From Candidatus Bathyarchaeota archaeon (GTDB lineage: Archaea > Thermoproteota > Bathyarchaeia > JAPDIZ01), in the NCBI GenBank assembly GCA_029259355.1, contig JAPDIZ010000003.1:147710-211709 (forward strand): a DNA stretch of 64,000 nucleotides, read 5' to 3'. Within the stretch, counting starts at the first letter, position 1. Each line of letters begins with the position of its first letter. A program made the position numbers and the translations under genes. Under the pieces are notes generated by a model. It searched no databases and was not told the origin of the DNA. It worked only from the letters and a program-made list of their open reading frames with translations. Of this stretch, positions 59,083 to 64,000 are shown one piece after another.

Positions 59083-59230
59083 TCAGAGGCAGCGGGATAT
59101 GCCCGCCACTCGAGAGAGGGCTATATCTCAACTTCAACAATAAAGACTTCTGCTTCTGGAGGTTTTTGGACGGGTGTCCCGAGTATTTCCTTGTCTAATT
59201 CACCTTTGCTATTTCTAGTCCTATTCATTA

Positions 59231-59363
59231 GGTGGGGGAGAAGAAGCAAGAGCGTATGCGAGGAGAAGCTTTGCAAAGGGTGAAAAGGTTTACCTTTGAT
59301 AAGCTAGCAGCTGATCTGTTGTGGATTTATAGACGTATTCTACAAGATAGTGTTGCTCTTTGA
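59231..59363 (+). pseudogene. Relic of the 3' end of another GT4 gene
   Basis: GGGEEARAYARRSFAKGEKVYL* is followed, after a 1-nt frame change, by KRFTFDKLAADLLWIYRRILQDSVAL*. This parallels the end of the intact gene just upstream (..ARRARERAKLFTFDKLARDLLNVYEKLV*). Confidence 0.55.
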
Positions 59364-59462
59364 GGTCGTAGCTGTTTTCTCTAAGACTTGTAGGGAAGTA
59401 GGCGATATATAGGTGAGGCTGGTATGGTGTTGGTCTGCTAACGAGTATCATGGTGGTTTAGG

Positions 59463-61199
59463 GTGTTTGTTCAACGTTTCGAAAGCTTAAGAAGAGAGTC
59501 AGCTTTGTCTGCTGCTGCGCTAAGTAAGTCTCGGAGATTCCACATTTTTTCAGTTGTCTTTGTAGCTTTGGCGTATCTGCTTCTCCTAACGCCATACTGG
59601 ATTTTTGGTCTACTATCTCTCTGCTTTTTTGCAGCGATTTTTGCTGTGAATCGGGTTGTTTTTTGCTGGAGGCTCTTCGCAGTGGTTGTGATATCGCTTC
59701 TCGCTGCATCAACTATGTGGTGTCCGTTGTATGAGGGCATTAGCTTCTTGGTGACTTCATACGGCTACTCGCTTGGTGTGGCCTACTACCTCCTACCAAA
59801 TCTGGGGCTTTTACCCAAGATGCTTGATGAGTTGCTTGATCAGCGCTCATCGACCTTTCTTTACTGGGTCTTAGTTGTTTTCGCAAACTCGATACTGCTC
59901 GTAAGCATGGAGTTGGTATTTTTCTCAGGATATAGAGGTGGATTTAAGAGATTCTTGCAAAAATTTTCTGCTCGTACACATGTTTCGAAGATATTGGGTT
60001 TAGGCTTTATCGTTTTTTCTATAGCTTCAATGGGTTTTGTGTGTGCGATATTGCTTGGTGAAGCCTATGAGGTACTGCGCCCAATACTCTTCTTGTACTA
60101 CCCTCTGAGGATATCGTCCGTCCTAGCCCCCTTTGTCTGCATCCCGCTTTTCTTGGCTTATCCCGATCTCTTGAAGTGGCTTCACGAAGTATTGAACAAA
60201 CCCTTTTTCAGCGTTGGTGGGGGAGGAATTAGGTGCTACCACCTATTCATCTTGTTCTTGGTCTCAAGCTTTTTGGTTCTGGATTTTTCGATCACGGCTC
60301 CCGATGATGTGGAGTTTTGTAGCGTAGATGATAGGCTCTACTATCAGGTTTGGAGAGGTGTAAGAGAGGGCATCGGTTTTTACGCAGTTTGGAAAAGCGC
60401 TTTCCCAGAAAATACCGAGGCTTGTATGCACCACTCTTTGACTTACTCGATGTGGTTTTTATGTGACGAAGTCCGTTGCATCAAGATGGAGTACTTCTTG
60501 GTTTGTTCCCTCGGCTTGTTAGGCGCTTTCTTCTTCGCAAAGCGGATTTCGCAAAACGCGTTTTTGGCTGCATTAGCTGCACTGTATATGCTTAGCTTCT
60601 TTACGACTCGAGTGTTTTGGTTTATGCTCGACTACTGGTCTGCAGCTCCCATGGTTTTGGCTATGGCTTTTCTAGCTCACGATATGCACGTCGTATCCTC
60701 AGCGCTTCTCGTGATCGCTTTCTTTATGAAGGAAACTACTGCTCCTGTTCTCGCAGCTGCTGCGCTGCTGTATTCATTAATTCCTTTGGCGAAGTCGAGG
60801 AGGGGTGTTTTTGACGAAAGATACGCAGCTTATGCGTTGGGGTTGATCGTTGTTCTCTCTTTTGCGGCAATAACCTATGCGTTTTGGATGAGGGTCCAAG
60901 GGATGTTTCTACACGTTTTTCGACCACATCACTTCATTAGGCAAATTGCTTGGTTTATGTACCCAATTGGGTTGGTCAACTTTTTGCTGGCTTTTCCAGG
61001 GATGCTTTCGGTTAGAGATAGGAGGCTTAAGATGCTGCTGTTTTTAGTCGTTGTCGCTACGCACTTGCTCTTTCTTACCTACAACCAGCCTTCTGAAGGA
61101 GCTGCTAGAAACGCGATGGCAGCGATCGCTGTTGAGTACCTAATGGCTCCTCTTGGCATAGGTGCTCTTGCTGAAACAAGAAAAGCTGGTAGACTTTAA
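59463..61199 (+). CDS. Polytopic membrane protein, family A copy 4; function unknown
   Basis: 578 aa with a GTG start. Motifs: PDDVEFCSVDDRLYYQVW, EGIGFYAVW, CDEVRCIKMEYF, TRVFWFMLDYW, FFMKETT, FRPHHFIRQIAWFMYPIGLVNFLLA, SEGAARN. It is G+C-richer than copies 1-3. Confidence 0.85.
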   Translation: MFVQRFESLRRESALSAAALSKSRRFHIFSVVFVALAYLLLLTPYWIFGLLSLCFFAAIFAVNRVVFCWRLFAVVVISLLAASTMWCPLYEGISFLVTSYGYSLGVAYYLLPNLGLLPKMLDELLDQRSSTFLYWVLVVFANSILLVSMELVFFSGYRGGFKRFLQKFSARTHVSKILGLGFIVFSIASMGFVCAILLGEAYEVLRPILFLYYPLRISSVLAPFVCIPLFLAYPDLLKWLHEVLNKPFFSVGGGGIRCYHLFILFLVSSFLVLDFSITAPDDVEFCSVDDRLYYQVWRGVREGIGFYAVWKSAFPENTEACMHHSLTYSMWFLCDEVRCIKMEYFLVCSLGLLGAFFFAKRISQNAFLAALAALYMLSFFTTRVFWFMLDYWSAAPMVLAMAFLAHDMHVVSSALLVIAFFMKETTAPVLAAAALLYSLIPLAKSRRGVFDERYAAYALGLIVVLSFAAITYAFWMRVQGMFLHVFRPHHFIRQIAWFMYPIGLVNFLLAFPGMLSVRDRRLKMLLFLVVVATHLLFLTYNQPSEGAARNAMAAIAVEYLMAPLGIGALAETRKAGRL

Positions 61200-61268
61200 A
61201 TAAGCTCTTTGTTGAGAAAAAGTAGCTAGCGCCTCTCACCGAGGACTGAAGCAGCCAAGAACTCACAA

Positions 61269-63011
61269 GTGGGAGCTATGATATGTGTTTATAAATGCTG
61301 GGAGAAAAGAGGCGCTTTAACAAAACTTTTACTAACTACCTTGGGCTTTCTTTTGATATTGACCAATCTTTGGTTTGTTGGAGTAATCATTCTTTTTGTA
61401 CTCGCAGCCCTCACCTCAAGTTCGCGTAAAGCAAAAGTGGAGGCAGTTGCTTCGATAACAAAAAAATCCGTTCAGCTATTGGTCATCATATTGTTAGCTG
61501 CATCTACCTTGTGGTGTCCGTTGTATCAAAGTATTGTAGATGCTGTTGAGTGCTTGGGATATCAGTCAAAAATTGCGTTCTTTATGCTTCCAAACCTTTC
61601 GCTACTACCTCGATACTCACTGCTCTCTTGGATATACTCGTTCTACCAGTTGTTGGTCATAGTCATAAATGGCGCTATGCTTTTGGTTGCGCTATCGATA
61701 ATCGATGATGAGTTTAGGTCTAGTATTAGAAAGTTTGGACAAAGGCTTTCTCTTAACCTAAATCGTAGAGCAGCCATACGAATCGCATGTATTTTATTGT
61801 TCATTCTCTCAGCGATTTTCTACTTGTTAACGCTGAGGGTTTTGCTTGAAGGAACCTACGAGGGGTTCGAGCCCTTTATCTACATCGCTCACTTAATCAG
61901 ATATTCTTCAGTTGGTATTCCATACGTCATTATTCCGCTCATCGTAGTTAAGCCAGATTTGGTCAAGAAGCTTTCGCTTGCCTTGGAGACGGAGGTTGTT
62001 GAGCAAAATGATTTCAGGATCAAGTGCTACCACTTCCTCATAGTCTTTGTGATTACGAGCTTCTTGCTTGTGAGCTACACAGTTGTTGAGCCGAGAGACC
62101 CAAACATCGTAATGTTTGATGACAAGACATACCACGGTGTTTGGATGTACATCAAAGAAGGTGTTGACTTCTACAAGGCTTGGGAGAAATCCTTTTTTCC
62201 AGATCCCATACCTCACGTACACTATTCTTTAGCCTTTGTCATCTGGATGGTTTGCAAACGTGTAGAGTGTGTCAAGTTCGAGCTTTTTCTTCTCTGCTCA
62301 CTAGCTTTTATCAGCACGTTTTACGCTATACGGCGAATAACTGGAAGCGCTTTTTTGGGGGCACTATCCATGTTCTACGTCTTTAGCTTTTTCTCGATCA
62401 AGATTTTCTGGTTTATGCTTGAGCCATGGGCTGCTCCTCCCGCTATTCTCGGAATCGCTTTCTTGTCCTATGGCCAGTACCTACTCTCTTCGATTATGCT
62501 GACTTTATCCTTCTTCTTTAAGGAGACGATGCTGCCTTTGCTCTTAGTTGCGTCTGTGTTCTATCCGTTTTTACGGATATATTGGGAGGAGAGGCTTCAG
62601 CTGTCTAAGAAGTTCTATAGCGAATACTGCTTTCCTCTCTGCTTGCTCTTAACAGCAGTATTTATCTTGATGCACTCAGCTACCTACTTTAGTGAGCAAA
62701 GAGCGGCGTATTTCTTCGACATGTTTGCACCACACTTGTTCATACATCAAATCTCTTGCTTCATGTTTCCTATTGGATTGGTGAATTTTCTGCTCGCGAT
62801 TCTCGGGCTTGTAACCGCCCTCAGAAGCGATGCGCATAGAGCAACAGTTGCCTTTCTGCTGCTGGCTGTGGTGTTTACTCATTTCTTGTTCATCGTTTGT
62901 ACTGGAGGATGCTCTCTTTCGAGTGCGAGGCATGCAGAAGCTGCTCCCTTAATAGAGTTTATGACAGCTCCGCTAGGGTTGCGGGTTTTTGCGGAAGATG
63001 ATGGAGGGTAA
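61269..63011 (+). CDS. Polytopic membrane protein, family A copy 5; function unknown
   Basis: 580 aa with RDPNIVMFDDKTYHGVW, EGVDFYKAW, CKRVECVKFELF, IKIFWFMLEPW, FFFKETM and FAPHLFIHQISCFMFPIGLVNFLLA. It is in tandem with copy 4, with a 69-nt gap. Confidence 0.85.
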   Translation: MGAMICVYKCWEKRGALTKLLLTTLGFLLILTNLWFVGVIILFVLAALTSSSRKAKVEAVASITKKSVQLLVIILLAASTLWCPLYQSIVDAVECLGYQSKIAFFMLPNLSLLPRYSLLSWIYSFYQLLVIVINGAMLLVALSIIDDEFRSSIRKFGQRLSLNLNRRAAIRIACILLFILSAIFYLLTLRVLLEGTYEGFEPFIYIAHLIRYSSVGIPYVIIPLIVVKPDLVKKLSLALETEVVEQNDFRIKCYHFLIVFVITSFLLVSYTVVEPRDPNIVMFDDKTYHGVWMYIKEGVDFYKAWEKSFFPDPIPHVHYSLAFVIWMVCKRVECVKFELFLLCSLAFISTFYAIRRITGSAFLGALSMFYVFSFFSIKIFWFMLEPWAAPPAILGIAFLSYGQYLLSSIMLTLSFFFKETMLPLLLVASVFYPFLRIYWEERLQLSKKFYSEYCFPLCLLLTAVFILMHSATYFSEQRAAYFFDMFAPHLFIHQISCFMFPIGLVNFLLAILGLVTALRSDAHRATVAFLLLAVVFTHFLFIVCTGGCSLSSARHAEAAPLIEFMTAPLGLRVFAEDDGG

Positions 63012-63016
63012 GCGTA

Positions 63017-63238
63017 ATGGACCCCGCCTACGCGTTATGGATTATTGCCTCAGCTTTGGTCTTCGCAGCTTTCTTCACCCTGCTTTTGAAGAACAATACT
63101 CAACGTGTTTTGGCCGTAATCGCTTACGTCATAATTGTCGCTCACGGGGTTTTCTGCGACAACCTCCCCGCGGTTGTTGCTTCGTCTGTGGTGGGTTCCG
63201 TAACTCCCGTCGTGTTTAGAGTCATGGATCAGCTTTGA
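63017..63238 (+). CDS. Small two-TM membrane protein (hypothetical)
   Basis: 73 aa. The ATG lies 5 nt after the stop of family A copy 5. Two hydrophobic stretches are present: YALWIIASALVFAAFFTLLL and VLAVIAYVIIVAHGVF. It has no recognisable family, and the alternative-frame ORF 62989..63219 is less protein-like. Confidence 0.45.
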   Translation: MDPAYALWIIASALVFAAFFTLLLKNNTQRVLAVIAYVIIVAHGVFCDNLPAVVASSVVGSVTPVVFRVMDQL

Positions 63239-64000
63239 AGTACACTGTCATAGACTTGCTGTTGTATATGAGGTGGGTTTTCTCGAATTCGCATTCATAC
63301 TCCCATGGGTTGATGTAGTAGTAGGGTTTTTCAACGTGTTTCTGAAGCTTTCCGTAGTAGTCTCCTGTCCAAGAATCCATCAGCGATGGGGCTTTGGAGT
63401 TGCAGGGATGAGGAGCTTTCTCCATTAGCCAGTTGGTAGCAACGAGCCCGCTTTCGCTGATGAATGGCAAAAGACCTCCTTGGTATACGTAGGCGTGAGC
63501 CATTAAGCCCGCTGCAGATGTCGCTGTCAGCAGAAAAATCATCGAAACACACTTCACAAGCTTCATCCTCTCTCCGTGGAAGAGGGGATGTGTTAAAGCG
63601 AAGATACCGTAAGCTGATGCGATGCCTAAGGGGATTCCAGCGATTGTAAATAGCCTAGCTACTTGCCCAATATTGGGTACGCCTATTCCAAGTCTTCCGC
63701 TGTAGAAAATTATGAGTGTGCCGATGACGAGGCTTGCGAAAAACACGTCTTCCCTTCTCTTACCTACGTAGATCACTGCCAAGATTGAGAGGGGGAGAAC
63801 TACCTCGTTGTAGACGGCTATGTCGTGTAGAACGGGTGCCCAACCAGTTGTCTCTGGCTTCCATGGAGCGCTTATGTCGAAGGGGTACCAGCCACTTGCA
63901 GCGTGAGCGAAGACCCAGTTTATGATGGGGTAGGACGCGAAAAGTGTCAATAGTATAACAGAGATTAAGACCGCTCGCTTCGCACCAAGCGTAACACCTT
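63222..64000 (-). CDS. Polytopic membrane protein, C-terminal part; the gene starts beyond the right edge
   Basis: The track ORF 63222..63950 begins at an internal TTG. The frame stays open to nt 64000 (..GVTLGAKRAVLISVILLTLFASYP..). Several TM segments are followed by a soluble tail of about 60 aa. Confidence 0.7.
   Translation of the reverse strand, partial: GVTLGAKRAVLISVILLTLFASYPIINWVFAHAASGWYPFDISAPWKPETTGWAPVLHDIAVYNEVVLPLSILAVIYVGKRREDVFFASLVIGTLIIFYSGRLGIGVPNIGQVARLFTIAGIPLGIASAYGIFALTHPLFHGERMKLVKCVSMIFLLTATSAAGLMAHAYVYQGGLLPFISESGLVATNWLMEKAPHPCNSKAPSLMDSWTGDYYGKLQKHVEKPYYYINPWEYECEFEKTHLIYNSKSMTVYFKADP

Noticed and set aside
63351-63385. MDSWTGDYYG in the partial membrane protein at the right edge is reminiscent of the WWDYG motif of AglB/STT3 oligosaccharyltransferases.
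   Set aside because: The motif is not WWDYG. Only about 42 residues follow it, whereas AglB has a large C-terminal domain after the motif. There is no other AglB signature in the visible part.
1-64000. I searched by eye for CRISPR arrays, IS elements/transposases, integrases, tRNA and rRNA genes.
   Set aside because: I found no regularly spaced repeats, no ORF with transposase/integrase-type motifs, and no GC-rich cloverleaf-like or rRNA-like stretch. A tRNA/ncRNA scan with proper tools would still be worthwhile for the spacers.

Overview
This 64-kb window is prokaryotic and most likely archaeal, judged from gene content and style rather than proven. It reads as one very large surface-glycan / glycosylation island. 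I support about 45 protein genes. They include 5 GT4 and 4 GT2 glycosyltransferases. The sugar-nucleotide tailoring set comprises a WecB-like 2-epimerase, two Gfo/Idh/MocA oxidoreductases, a DegT-type aminotransferase, a hexapeptide acetyltransferase, an AsnB-type amidotransferase and an SDR epimerase at the left edge. There are also two soluble alkaline-phosphatase-superfamily enzymes, two deacetylase-like proteins, five SAM methyltransferase loci (three of them disrupted), a Wzx-type flippase and a HEPN/MNT toxin-antitoxin pair. The dominant feature is about 18 large polytopic membrane proteins. Fourteen of them fall into five paralogous families that I name A (x5), B (x2), C (x3), D (x2) and E (x2). 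Families C and E and the singleton at 14793 look like GT-C (ArnT/PMT_2-like) enzymes. Families A, B and D carry strong private motifs that I cannot assign to any characterised family. A and B sit side by side twice, and a four-gene C/E/A/B module occurs twice. This repeated module is my best candidate for an undescribed system. Three other signals stand out: at least five decayed gene relics in the long spacers, nine apparent +/-1 frameshifts at short homopolymer tracts in seven loci, and a patchwork of roughly 33-38% versus 47-55% G+C segments. I saw no rRNA, tRNA, CRISPR array, transposase or integrase. All family assignments come from motif recognition by eye; no database search was run.
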